Shown here one piece after another: positions 1 through 10,832 of a stretch of DNA of 18,236 nucleotides. Position 1 is the first letter of the stretch. Each line of letters begins with the position of its first letter. The stretch comes from Anneissia japonica. Lineage: Eukaryota. Where the stretch lies: positions 64,001 to 82,236 of the forward strand of contig NW_022688036.1 in the NCBI RefSeq assembly GCF_011630105.1, given 5' to 3'. The notes beneath the pieces are model-generated. The model searched no databases. It was not told the DNA's origin and was given only the letters and a program-made list of their open reading frames with translations. A program made the translations under genes and the position numbers.

Positions 1-188
1 TCATACTCTTATATATTAATGGTGGTACTGTAAGATGTGTCAAAATAATAGCCAGATATATTAATAATTGTTATTGCCGTTAACTCTTTTGTTTGCTGCA
101 GTCATCCATAATGTTTTGCTGCATTGTAAGATGGTCATTGATCTTTGATAATACGGTATAAAATATAAACGATAAGATACTACAACAT

Positions 189-208
189 CTTTTTTTTTTT
201 TTTTTTTT
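189..208 (+). repeat. T homopolymer of about 26 nt (189-208 is its 3' part). It serves as the polypyrimidine tract of the acceptor at 212.
   Basis: Direct reading. Confidence 0.9.
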
Positions 209-212
209 GCAG

Positions 213-482
213 GTCAAACTTCATTATACCGAGTCATCCTCTGTACTGCTGTGATAGCTTATTTTCTTGAACAAGCTCTCATGCATTGGAAAAAACTTTC
301 TAGTGATGCCAATGATCAAGAGTTCTTAGCTCTTTATGGCAAGGCATTTTTGAGTCTGAGGAAAGCTGAATCTTTTCTTCAGAAAGAGAGTTTGATGAAA
401 GTGCATCAACACTTGTTGTTGAAAGAAGCAACATGGCTGCAGTTTGCAGAGAACAACTTGCTCGAATTGCCAGCACTGACTG
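213..482 (+). CDS. Internal coding exon of an unidentified multi-exon gene; the window starts inside the gene. Encodes ...QTSLYRVILCTAVIAYFLEQALMHWKKLSSDANDQEFLALYGKAFLSLRKAESFLQKESLMKVHQHLLLKEATWLQFAENNLLELPALT.
   Basis: A 26-nt poly-T tract plus GCAG acceptor ends at 212. An open frame runs from 212 to the donor CTG|GTAAGAAG at 483. The frame has no stops and the exon ends in phase 1, which is exactly what the next exon needs. Confidence 0.6.
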
Positions 483-1443
483 GTAAGAAGTACAAAACAG
501 TCTGTGATATGAAATTTCAGTATGCTATGCAGTGTTCTCCCGAAGCCGTTTTAGCTGTCAATTTTACCAGTAAAAATAACTGACCAACCAGTAAAAATTG
601 TGTGTTGGTAGAATAAAAAAGCACATTATTTGGTCTAGGTTGACTAGGCTGCCCTTCTTTCAATAAACGAACATCATTCCTTTCCAGGCCTAAGCTATGA
701 TTACGTATTATTGTTTTTTGAAGCCATTTAAATCCACTTAAAATTGGCAATATCTGAAGTTGTGTGCGCTTAGCTGGCTCTTTGGACAAATTTACCAGTA
801 AAAATTTTTCAATTGGGAGAACACTGCTATGAATGCTGGATATTTTGTTTTACACGGTTTAGGACTTTCACAGTATATAATGTATAGGAAGTACAGGCTT
901 TTTGTTCATACACAGTATGTATATTTATGAACATCCTACAGTAATTATTTCTACATATTGTATCTGTCAATTATAACATGCAAATTCCCTTAACCTTAGT
1001 CAAAGGAAGTAAACAAACTTTTGAGAATGTACATGTTATACATATCTGTAGAGCCTACAGTCCACCTACCTAACATACACTGCAACATGCACTCAGCTTA
1101 CATATCGTTATATTCTGTAATGTTTTCATTCTTCCCTATAGTAGTAGGGGAGGGACGAGAATCTCATGTCTCCCTGATTTATAGATTTAGCCCACACCAG
1201 TGTGAAGAATTTCTGTGCACCTATGATGATAGAGACATTATAAGGCTAAAACTTTAAGCATCTGTGCCACGTTTGTATGCAGCATTATAGTAGAGAGCTA
1301 CTAATACTGTTGTACTGTAGTCTATCTATATATTGTACACTGGAAGTAGCCATGCTAAATCGCAGAAACAGTCAACCAGTGACAGTTACAAAGTTGTATT
1401 TTTTTAAGGAAATTTTTTAAATGACTCTGTATTTCCCTTACAG

Positions 1444-1544
1444 ACTTACATGTTAACAGTTCATTGATTGCTCCTGCTGAGAAGCTAATAAATTTTGACC
1501 AAAGATTAGGTCAATTATTGAGAAGGTCTGTGGATTGCAAGCAA
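1444..1544 (+). CDS. Coding exon, 101 nt. The carried-over G makes 34 codons: DLHVNSSLIAPAEKLINFDQRLGQLLRRSVDCKQ.
   Basis: Acceptor tttcccttacag|AC and donor CAA|GTAAGT at 1545. No stop codons in the frame fixed by the upstream exon phase; ends in phase 0. Confidence 0.5.
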
Positions 1545-1735
1545 GTAAGTTCCTATTGATTATTTGATCTGCAGTGCAAACCACGAATTGGCTAATATTA
1601 GATAACAGCCGTAAAATTTTTTACCAAAGCAGGTTTACACTTAGTCTTTGATTAATAATAATCAAATGCGAAAACGACTTATATGCTGTAGGCTATCAAA
1701 TGTAACTTTGTTGTATTATTTATATTTATTTATAG

Positions 1736-1835
1736 AAGTCATTTTGGACATTGTCATGCAGTTTTGCTGTAATTTTTGGAATCAACCGCAGAAAAATTAT
1801 AACTGTTTTAGAGCAGGCTGGTCTCAGGTCATTTG
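1736..1835 (+). CDS. Coding exon, 100 nt: KSFWTLSCSFAVIFGINRRKIITVLEQAGLRSF plus 1 nt. The frame differs from the six-frame track ORF 1648-1848.
   Basis: Acceptor tatttatttatag|AAG and donor TTTG|GTATGTACC at 1836. The frame inherited from the exon-2 phase is open, leaves 1 nt, and joins the last exon exactly in its long ORF frame. The track's other frame would hit a stop straight after splicing into the last exon. Confidence 0.45.
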
Positions 1836-2144
1836 GTATGTACCATAATCTTAATATTCTATTTCATACTTACCCAAATAAACAGACTACACTATTACTA
1901 TAACCAACCCCCCCCCCCCAAAAAAAAAGAAAAATAGAATCTTCCATCACTTTAATCCGTTACTATTAGGAAAATATAAACATAACCCTATAACATAAGC
2001 TAATCAAATATTAAGCAAACATATTTAAAAATATCTTTAATATGTTGAATATTGTGACTTTATCCAGATCTTGTGGGAACATGTTAATAGTTCTTTTTTA
2101 GCAATTACATAGTTGTTGATTTTATTCTCCGGTTGAATTTAAAG

Positions 2145-2365
2145 GATTGGCACTTCAACAAGAAGTTTACTCCATGTTTGCCATGGCCATTGGTATTGTG
2201 AGTCTGGCAGCATTATTGCCTGACTACCGTGGCTATACACAAATTCATGACAGATTAAATGCATGGCTGGATGAGAAGGAGAAAGCTAACTATGGCCTAG
2301 CCTCACAGCTTGAACTTGGCAGTAACTGGTTGGATGTGGCCTCTAAAATGTTTCAAGATGTTTGA
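2145..2365 (+). CDS. Terminal coding exon: G-LALQQEVYSMFAMAIGIVSLAALLPDYRGYTQIHDRLNAWLDEKEKANYGLASQLELGSNWLDVASKMFQDV*. Stop TGA at 2363-2365.
   Basis: Acceptor ttattctccggttgaatttaaag|GA. The long ORF 2147-2365 is in the frame predicted by the upstream exon phases. An 18-residue hydrophobic segment (VYSMFAMAIGIVSLAALL) suggests a transmembrane or amphipathic helix. Confidence 0.55.
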
Positions 2366-2375
2366 CTGTTATTGG

Positions 2376-2381
2376 ATTAAA
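2376..2381 (+). terminator. Candidate poly(A) signal variant ATTAAA, 11 nt after the stop codon.
   Basis: ggATTAAAgcagcaaaaaaatt. No canonical AATAAA lies within 300 nt downstream. Confidence 0.2.
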
Positions 2382-5037
2382 GCAGCAAAAAAATTAAGTC
2401 TACTTTAATTGGACAGTTTCTTCAATTTTAAGAGTTTTGCAAATGTTTATAAATGAGACATATTCACCCAGTGCTCTTTAAAAGTTTATGATGATTTTTA
2501 AAAGTTAGTAAGGTAACTCCAAGGAGTATTAAGTAGTATTCTTTAAGATATACTAAGTTGTTTTTATCCTAGCAGACTCAAACATTCTTATAATGTTGGC
2601 GAAAGTTAGTTGTACATCAGAAAATAACGTTAACACAACGCTACAGCAACATTCACACTAATTTCCAAGTACTGTACATTATGTATTTATGTTTTTACAA
2701 AAAAAAAAAAACGGTTTCGACACCAAACTGTAACATTATTATAACATGTCATATTTACCTATATATACCCAGATAAAGTCTTATGTTTTTATGACACCCA
2801 GATAATGAATTTTAAACTTGTTTTAATATTTGAAATAATTATGGTACTAGTTGTGTCAAATTCATAACTGCTTCGGTCAAGTTTCAAAGTAAGAATGAAT
2901 CCAAAAATTTACAACCTTGGTTGTATCTGTAGGATAATGTAGGTATTGGTACCTCAGTGGCAAGTCCGGCCAAATGATTTGTAGATCAACTTAAAGATGT
3001 TCCCTAACTAAATGAACTAAAGGCAGTGACGTCAGATAGAATGAATGGAAAGTACAAGCCAAGTCAGTCTGAGAATGCTCTGCCTAAGTTTAAGACCTGA
3101 TGTATTAAATTTAATGACTACAATTATTCGTTTATAATATAAAAAAAAAAACACCAAAAAAATAGTATGTAGCCAAGGAAAGCATACACTAATGTAAGAG
3201 TTATTGTTGCCAAATTATGAAAGATAAAATGTTTTATATTGTTGTGTAATGTTATTTTGATGTTTAATGTCAACAAATGAAATGCTTTTAAGGTAGTATA
3301 GGAATGAAAAGCTACCCAGAATATAAGCATATGGTAATAAAATATGCTATATTTGAAACATTATATTTTAAAGTTTTATACTGAGGAAATTTCGTAATCA
3401 GTAAATCGTAAAAGTGGCTTATTCATGTTATATTAAATAGAATCTATTTGTCAACTTCAGATTTAAGTGTTTGGTCTTGTATAGCTTTTTGATTTGTTAA
3501 AATGAATTACTGTATCTCCGTTTCTAAGAACAACATGGCTGGTGATCGCATAAGCAGATTTTACAGAAATATGTACAATTTCTGGACTTGATCATGCAAG
3601 GTCGCAATGTGACCTGATACAATGGATGGAGGTGGTGGTGTGGGTGGGGCCACTCGAACGTGGAAGAACATTAATTTATCGTGAAATGATGCAATAATAG
3701 GCCTGGTTGCTTTAACCATAGAGAATATAAAACTTGTCTGTTATATTTTCTTTATGCTTTAACTTACAGTAATTGGGCCTATTTCAGGCGTTTTCTCAAT
3801 ACGAAACGGTAAAATGCACTCACACGCAGGCCTCACCAGTTGAGAACCCTTAAAATATAAGCATTGGATGATCGTATTGACAACGTCACAGAGCCGGTTT
3901 GCATTCATCATCAGTGTTCTCCACCACGCGCGCTTGTATCGGTCTTTATGCATTTTATTGTTATTGTAAGTTTCCTGACTGTTAATCAAACATCTGTTTT
4001 CTATTCTACTTCTTTATTTCCTTCACCGTATTAGATTTGATTCAAAATTGTAAGTGCCTTACTTTTAAAGCTTAAACCATTAAGCTGTTGTATGCCTAAA
4101 TTCTGTATAATATTTTGTTTGCTTTAGAATTAATGTACTGCAATAAAATTGTTAAGAATAGTATTATTTTATTGTTTAATATAACAGCATATAATATAAC
4201 ATAGCAGGTTGTTATGAATTTGCTTGTAACTTAAGATAAACATGTACACAGATGAAAAGAAGAAATTGGAATACGTAAAAAAACTTGTAGGTATATATTT
4301 ACACAGAAACATTTAACGAAAAATATATTTTCGTAGTCTAGGGATATAATAATATACTATTACTATATATCGATTAAGAAGAAATGCGGCGTTGTAAAAT
4401 TACAAATTTACACAAACGTAACCTAGCGTATATTGCGACGGTCGGTCGCTGTCTGACTCAAACATATCTGAACACCATGGTCTGTTTGATTGTCGGCAGC
4501 TGAAAAGATCGTCGTTGATGAACCAATTGCGACGGTATCCTTGGAATTTTCTCATGTATTTATTTTAACATTTTTAAAGTTTAAATATTAATCGAGTCGG
4601 AAATGTTAAACACTATTATTGTTAGGAAAGGATAGTTTTGGACGATATCATTGATATCAACGATATCATTGAGCTAATCTTGTCAACCGATAGTGTGTTG
4701 ATTTGCGTTACCCAAAATTATTGCATAATATATAATTATGAATTTACTCAGTACACGGTGATATTTTTAATGTTCATTTAATGATTATATAATAATAATA
4801 ATATATAATTATTATGATTATGTAATATATATTAAATAATTTACCCCGATTGAAAGAGGATTTGCATTTCATTACCTTGAATAAAGTATATAGTCGGAAT
4901 AGAATAATGAACTTGATTTTAAACGTGTTTTTATATGTCACATTTTTACGTATGTTGAATTTTGTGAATTTCTGCTCCCATATTGTGTAGTCTAGTTTTT
5001 GTCTTGGATCGACAGTGTAGGCTGACTGTATGCAGCA

Positions 5038-5298
5038 TATAGGCGGATTCAAGGGGGACCAACCCGACCCCCCCCCCCCCCCCCTTCAATTTGTCAAAAT
5101 TTTAAAAAAAAATAAGAAAAAAGAAAATTCGACTAAAATTTTGAGTCTAGGAATGCCATTTCCTTCCACCTTGAGTTGCCATAATCATAAATTGTCGTAC
5201 CTCACCCCCAACCATGGTGGGCTGAGGTAGTATAGACCCTCCACCTCTGAAAATCCCTCTCTGGGCCCCTCTATTTCAAATTCCTGGATCCGCCACTG
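5038..5298 (+). mobile_element. MITE-like non-autonomous element, copy A1, about 261 bp, with terminal inverted repeats (TIRs): 5' aggcggattcaaggggg ... 3' cctggatccgccactg. It contains a C16 homopolymer and an internal ccatgg-centred palindrome.
   Basis: Homologous at roughly 75% by eye to 15828-16096, and in reverse orientation to 14072-14290 and 12081-12206. The 5' and 3' termini are reverse complements of each other. Confidence 0.6.
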
Positions 5299-6571
5299 AT
5301 AGGCCTATATGCCGGGTGTTTTGTCGATCGACACTCATGATCAGTCGTGGTAAAACATTGTGCCTCAACCTGTGATTCAATTAAACCACTAAAAGCCCCG
5401 CTCCTTGTAAAGTGTTGATGTTAAGATCCCACAAATCAACACGTGCATTTGCGGGACGCCCGTATTCCAGCCATGTTCCAAAAAATAATTTTAAAAAAAT
5501 ACGTATTATCGCACAAGGATATTAAACAAATAATGTAATTATTAATAATTGGGCGATCATTTTTTTTTTTCCCGGCCCAGCCCCCTAACCGTCCCTGAGT
5601 AATGCTATAAACTATAATAAATATAACTAATTTTAAATGTTAAAGAAGAGGTGGAAAAACAGGGATCCGAACTCCGGGAATCATTGCTGCTTTTCGTTGA
5701 GGAACTATGCTTGAATGTATACTGTAACTTCTACAATATATACAGAGTGACTGATATCCAGCTGAGATGTTATTACGAGTTAGAACCCTTTCAGAGTCGA
5801 AGGCAATTCCAAATGATTATATCTGTAACTTCTGTGTCTTTTGTATCCATGATATTTGGTGTTTCTCTATAAAATACTCTCTACTAATTGGAGGTGTCAA
5901 TTAAAGTCTCCTCATGTTTTGGGGGTTTCTGATTGGATCACAGAGAAATTCTTCTTCTATGATATAAAAACATGTTTATTCAACTACAGTATATTAATAA
6001 TAAATAATAATAATACACATTTTTAAAGCGCCTATTAAAGCAAACAAAAACTTGCTTGTCACCGGCGCTATATTGATATTGTTTCCACGTTTGCATGGCG
6101 AAGTAATAATATATGTTAATGCTTGAGGTACGGTACACCACGAAAAGAACTGTTGTAGATTGGTTGAGGAAATTTCGACGTTTCCATTTAGTTGCTTCAA
6201 TGTTGTCTTCAGGAGAATATATAATATATAGACACTCTTAATTTTGATGGATTATCCTACCTAATATTATTGAATCCTAATAATACATTACAATACATTG
6301 ATACCATACAGGCCTATGCTGTAATACAGTAAACCGATATTATTGTTAGAATAAGTATGACTCCAGAAATAGAGAAAAATAATGAAAAGTTTTAGTCCCA
6401 ACTGTACAAATGCCATTGTCTTTAAAGAAATACAAGAAAGTTCAATTCCAAACTCAAAGTAGATATTTTGTATAGATTGATAATTAATTTTCTAAAATAA
6501 AATATAGGCCTAGGCATATACATCGTAAAGCAAAATGACACCATACCGACACCATCCACAATTTTTTACGA

Positions 6572-6607
6572 TTTATTCCAGCGATTCAGTCGACGTCGCA
6601 CTTTATT
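6572..6607 (-). terminator. Two AATAAA poly(A) signals on the minus strand (plus-strand TTTATT at 6602-6607 and 6572-6577), just downstream of the CTLD stop codon.
   Basis: The minus strand reads ggaaAATAAAgtgcgacg and ctggAATAAAtcgtaaaa, 15 and 45 nt after the stop. Confidence 0.35.
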
Positions 6608-6621
6608 TTCCAACATCGTTG

Positions 6622-7086
6622 CTAATAACCACATGGTTTCATTTCACAAACGTATGAAACAGTTGTGTCACCGCAGGATCCATACACTTCATCAGTCGTC
6701 AGATCAACACTAACGCAGTTGCCTGAAACGAGAGCGGTGGTAGACAGAGAAACGGCATTTCCATCGCTATCAAATACATCTGTTCCATCATTGGTCCAAT
6801 CCACATAGTATTGAGATGACCAAGGAACTAGATCTAAAAGTAACGACTTTGTAGCATTGTAGTTTTCTTCGGTCACGTGCATAAATGTTGAAACCGCTGT
6901 ATCATCGGAGAACTTCTCGCATGTCTTACTTGGTCCTATGTTTTGCCACTGCATGTCGTCTACGACTACTTTGATGCATCGGCTTCCAGGAATGGCGTAC
7001 CAAGTAGATGGACAGCTACTGTCACAAACCACAATAAGAAACAGCAGCATTATGGATTTGACCTTTAATAGACAAAAAAAAATCAT
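6622..7086 (-). CDS. Intronless gene for a secreted C-type lectin-like domain (CTLD) protein, 154 aa. The N-terminus (MIFFCLLKVKSIMLLFLIVVCDSS) is signal-peptide-like; the second Met at codon 13 may be the true start.
   Basis: The translation has the long-form CTLD cysteine framework: C-P-x-x-W...C at the start (CPSTWYAIPGSRC), W...C (WQNIGPSKTCEKF), a W-x-W-x-DG-like core (YVDWTNDG), GNCVSVD, and C...YVCE at the end (SCGDTTVSYVCEMKP). There are no EPN/QPD or WND motifs, so it is probably a non-canonical or non-sugar-binding CTLD. Confidence 0.75.
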   Translation of the reverse strand: MIFFCLLKVKSIMLLFLIVVCDSSCPSTWYAIPGSRCIKVVVDDMQWQNIGPSKTCEKFSDDTAVSTFMHVTEENYNATKSLLLDLVPWSSQYYVDWTNDGTDVFDSDGNAVSLSTTALVSGNCVSVDLTTDEVYGSCGDTTVSYVCEMKPCGY

Positions 7087-7144
7087 TTTGTGGATTTATT
7101 ATTTAAAAAAACCTCGAAAGAGACGATTACAGTTTGGGAAGGAA

Positions 7145-7163
7145 AGGTCAAAGGTTAAGGTCA
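7145..7163. promoter_or_regulatory. Tandem nuclear-receptor half-sites AGGTCA-a-AGGTTA-AGGTCA: a DR1 element plus an abutting third half-site. It lies 59-77 bp upstream of the CTLD ATG, with an A/T-rich TATA-like stretch (7092-7103) in between.
   Basis: Read directly: ggaaAGGTCAaAGGTTAAGGTCAtggg. AGGTCA direct repeats spaced 1 nt apart are the classic HNF4/RXR/COUP-TF (DR1) site. Their position next to a gene start is suggestive. Confidence 0.3.
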
Positions 7164-8160
7164 TGGGAATTCTATTTGATTTTTACCCTCGAGCGTAGAA
7201 AAAAATAATACACGTCTTGCGTATTGTTCGGTATTCAGGCAGGAGGTGTGCACTTTAATTTTATTATTACTATTACTTAGGTCCTACTGTTTGCAAAAAG
7301 AAGATAAATCTTATTTCTGATACAGTCATTACCAAAATAGTGTCAATAAAAGAAACAACCCTTCAACAAAAATTATTTTATGTCGAATTACTGTTCTTTT
7401 ATTTGTATTTTTAATTATTTCTATACTTTATTTTTATTTTTTTTATTTATTTCAATTTATTTTACATTTAATTTTTTTCAGCAAGCTGTTTTAAGGTTTC
7501 TTAGTTTTTGAGTTTAAAAAATGTAGGCCTAATATTGAAGTGTTCAAGTACGTCTGATTGTAGTTGTGAAAGTAAGTTACTTTTATGCCGCCCTAATGTA
7601 CTTGGTAATTGCGATAGTGTGTTCATTTGAGAACTGTAATGCTTGAAATGCAGGTGAGAGTGGATCAGATCTAAAAATATGTCCAAACATATTCCATATC
7701 GACTCCGATATTCTGTGGGAAATTTGTTGGGATTTTGTAATAGTATATATATATATGAATTGCCTATTACGTTAGGCCATGTTGAGAATTCCTAGCAAAT
7801 GTATGACATTATACGACTTTGCTAAAAACGTTGGTTTTGTCCAACTATTACTGTTGTATAAAAGAATTGATTAGTGCTTCATATACTTTTTTTCTAAGGA
7901 AATAGTTTTTTCAACCACACTTCTGTTTTCGAATACAATGGTAGCGAGTGTGTTTTCGTTTATCTATGTCTGTGTCAGTAAATGAACCGAGGAGTTTGTG
8001 TTTTGTTCCGATTTTCAACAATAACTTCACTTATATTTGAATCGTGCACTTACTGTTATCCCTTCGTTAACAATAGGTTTCATTTTAAAGTGCTTTAGTT
8101 ATTTATTTTCTTTAGTTTTTACAGTAAAAAACAAATGAGAGATCTAAAATTGTTCTTGAA

Positions 8161-10180
8161 ATGAATGAATCAAAAATTCACAACTCAAAAGATGTAGCTA
8201 GACGTTTCAATACTTACTTTACAAATATGGCCAATCACCTTGTTGACAAGCTGCCCCCTATGAGACATATATTATATAGCTATGCTTCTAAAGTTATCAA
8301 AGATTTTTATTCTTCCAAAGTTTTAAGTTCATTTACTCTTGAACCTGTTACAGAGGAATTCATTCTGAAACAGTTAGAAAACCTGGACCCTACTAAAAGT
8401 ACCGGTCTTGATGGGTTACCCTAAAGATTTTTTTTAAAGACTGTGCCCATGTATCGGCTTCTCCTATTACTTATATTATAAATCTGTCCATCAATACGGG
8501 ATATGTTCCGAGTGACTTAAAAATTGCTAAGGTCACCCCATTGTATAAAAAGAAATGCCGTAAAACCCAGAAAATTATAGGCCCATAAGCGTTCTAAATA
8601 TTGTTTCTAAAATTCTTGAAAAATCTGTTCATATTCAGTTAGAACAATACATTGTTAACAATAATCTCATTTATCAATATCAGTCAGGTTTTCGACAAAC
8701 TTATTCAACTGAAAGTACCTTAACTTAATTTAACTGATACAATCAAATTAAATAATTCCAAAGGCATACATACTGATATGGTCCTAATTGATTTATGTAG
8801 AGCATTTGATACTGTTGATCACGAGATATATGTGAGAAACTTGCTCTAATGGGCGTTACCTCCTTAGACTGGTTTCGTTCATATCTGACGAATAGGACCC
8901 AGGTTGTTAAAGTTGAAGATTCATTATCTGAGCCTATGGATATCACATGCGGGGTGCCCCAAGGTAGCATTTTGGGTCCCTTGCTTTTTTTTATGCTTTG
9001 TAAATGATATGATAGTATTAACCCTGAATGTAAATTACTCTTATATGCTGATGACAGTGCCATTGTATCTTGGCACAATGATCCAAATGTCGTTGCCGAT
9101 AGACTTGGTAACGCTCTTAATTCATGTAGAATTTGGCTTATTGAAAACAAATTATCTATAAACCTCAGTAAAACGGAGTCAATAATTTTTTGTAGTAAAA
9201 AAAAAACTTAAACGTATAAAATCATTTGAAGTCACTAATGGTGGCCGTACATTAAAAGGTTCCCAGTCTGTCAAATATCTTGGTGTTGAACTCGATAATT
9301 CAGCCTCTGGAAATAATACTTGATATTGCCAAGAGTGTTATCAAGAAGGCAAATGCTAGACTATGGTTTCTTTACCGTCAAGCAAGGTGTCTTGACAAAA
9401 ATACTAGAAAATTATTATCTATGGCCCTTATTCAATGCATTTGTGATTATTGTGCTTCTTCATGGTATGAAGGTATTGATAAAGTTTTGAAACAAAAACC
9501 GAAAATAAAATTATTCGGTTTATCCTTGATTTTGGACCACGGACACATGTAGGTCACAAAGAGCTGTCCAGCCCTGGTCTACTTAAGGTTGAAGATCGAG
9601 TTAAATTTTTAAGACTTTGTAATGTCCATAAGATTCTTAATAATAAGGCAGCTCCATATCTTTCTGAGCAATTTACGCGAGTTTCTGAAATTCATACACA
9701 ACACTCGTCAACATAAAGTCAATTTGGTTGTACCTCTGCTTAAAGGAAATAATCAGTCTCATTCTACCTTTTTCGTTTCGGATCAATGACTGGAATGCTC
9801 TCCCAACTAATTTAAAATTAATTACTAATATGGCTACATTTAAAGTACACATCAAAAAACTGTATGAACGCAATAGTGCTCAATTGCAATAATTACAATT
9901 GAGTACTGTTGCGTTCTATCTAAATAATTAGATAATTGGGTGCATCTTGGTTTTTAAATGCTGTTCTTTTTCTTTTTAATATGTATTAATTTTGATAACT
10001 TTCATGATTTTTAATTGTGCAATGTGCACCCCATTGGAAATCGGCTGGATTCCCGGCCTAATGGGTGTTCCAGATCCTCGTTGTGTTTGATAATTGTAAA
10101 AAAAAATTCCTAAATTTTTTTTATTTCTATATTTTATATTTTACATATGAGCATCGAATAAATTCAATTCAATTCAATTA
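8161..10180 (+). mobile_element. 5'-truncated, frameshifted non-LTR retrotransposon (LINE) of the CR1/L2-like clade. It covers most of the ORF2 RT domain, the C-terminal domain, and a 3' UTR with a hairpin and (CAATT)n tail.
   Basis: Translation across three frames gives hallmark motifs. These are FTLEPVTEEFILKQLENLDPTKSTGLDGLP, then NYRPISVLNIVSKILEKSVHIQLEQYIVNNNLIYQYQSGFRQTYSTESTL, VLIDLCRAFDTVDHEI, GVPQGSILGPLLF and LYADDSAIVS (FADD-like). The tail domain reads WLIENKLSINLSKTESIIF ... GHKELSSPGLLKVEDRVKFLRLCNVHKILNNKAAPYLSEQF. Multiple stops and frameshifts show it is dead. It ends in gagcatcgaataaattcaattcaattcaatt. Confidence 0.8.
9866..9916 (+). other. Hairpin in the LINE 3' UTR: a 21-bp stem (2 mismatches) with a 9-nt loop.
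   Basis: GAACGCAATAGTGCTCAATTG-caataatta-CAATTGAGTACTGTTGCGTTC. CR1-clade LINEs typically carry a 3' stem-loop plus a short tandem-repeat tail instead of poly(A). Confidence 0.5.
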
Positions 10181-10762
10181 CTGAAATCGATCTCTTTAAG
10201 TCGTCGAAAATCGACATCATCTGCGAATGCTGTTTCTTCTGTCATACCATTATTGGTAATTTTAGGTGAAAATGTCTATAGGACCGTTCTAAGGAGTGTC
10301 TGTATTGCGGTTATACGGGTCAATTCCACTCCAGAGCAGCAACAGCTTGCGACAATCGCTAGAAAAACACAAAACTAACCTATTTTGAATTCGCCTGTGA
10401 GCGTACACAACAGCAATACGATAATGTTTACGAATAGTGTGCGAGCTGTAATCATCGTTGACAACTTGGATAATTAAAAAACACGATAGGTATTGACGCA
10501 ATCGCGACTAATGCCAATAATAATGCAAACTGCACTTTTTCTCACTTGGCTGACTGTAAATCTAAATTTAATTGATTTGGTATTCTAGAACACAAGTTTA
10601 TTAACAACCAATGAAAATGGTATGGCAATAAGCATTTTATATTCAACCATTTCTGCCCGTCTACATGTGAAAATAATGTTCCTTGTTGTGTATGCTATAA
10701 AAAAAAAATGCTGTCATAAATATCAATAAAGTACTACTAAGCCTATAAAGTACTTCCCTATA

Positions 10763-10832
10763 TAATAAGAATAATAATAATAATAATAAGAATAATAATA
10801 ATAATAGGCCTAATAATAATAATAATAAACTT
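10763..10832. repeat. (AAT)n microsatellite interrupted by ...aataataGGCCTAataat...
   Basis: Direct reading. Confidence 0.9.

Noticed and set aside
1648-1848. 66-aa plus-strand ORF used as such
   Set aside because: The exon here (1736-1835) is read in a different frame, dictated by the splice phases. The track frame would stop at once in the next exon.
3027-3034. Perfect CRE palindrome TGACGTCA
   Set aside because: A single 8-mer with no supporting promoter context; chance occurrence cannot be excluded.
4774-5052. 92-aa minus-strand ORF (IIIIIIYYYYY)
   Set aside because: AT-rich low-complexity sequence with no coding signal.
5030-5230. ORF with a poly-Pro run
   Set aside because: It lies wholly inside MITE copy A1. 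The prolines come from its C16 homopolymer.
8743-9150. 135-aa minus-strand ORF
   Set aside because: It is antisense to the LINE RT region. The sense strand carries the recognisable RT motifs.
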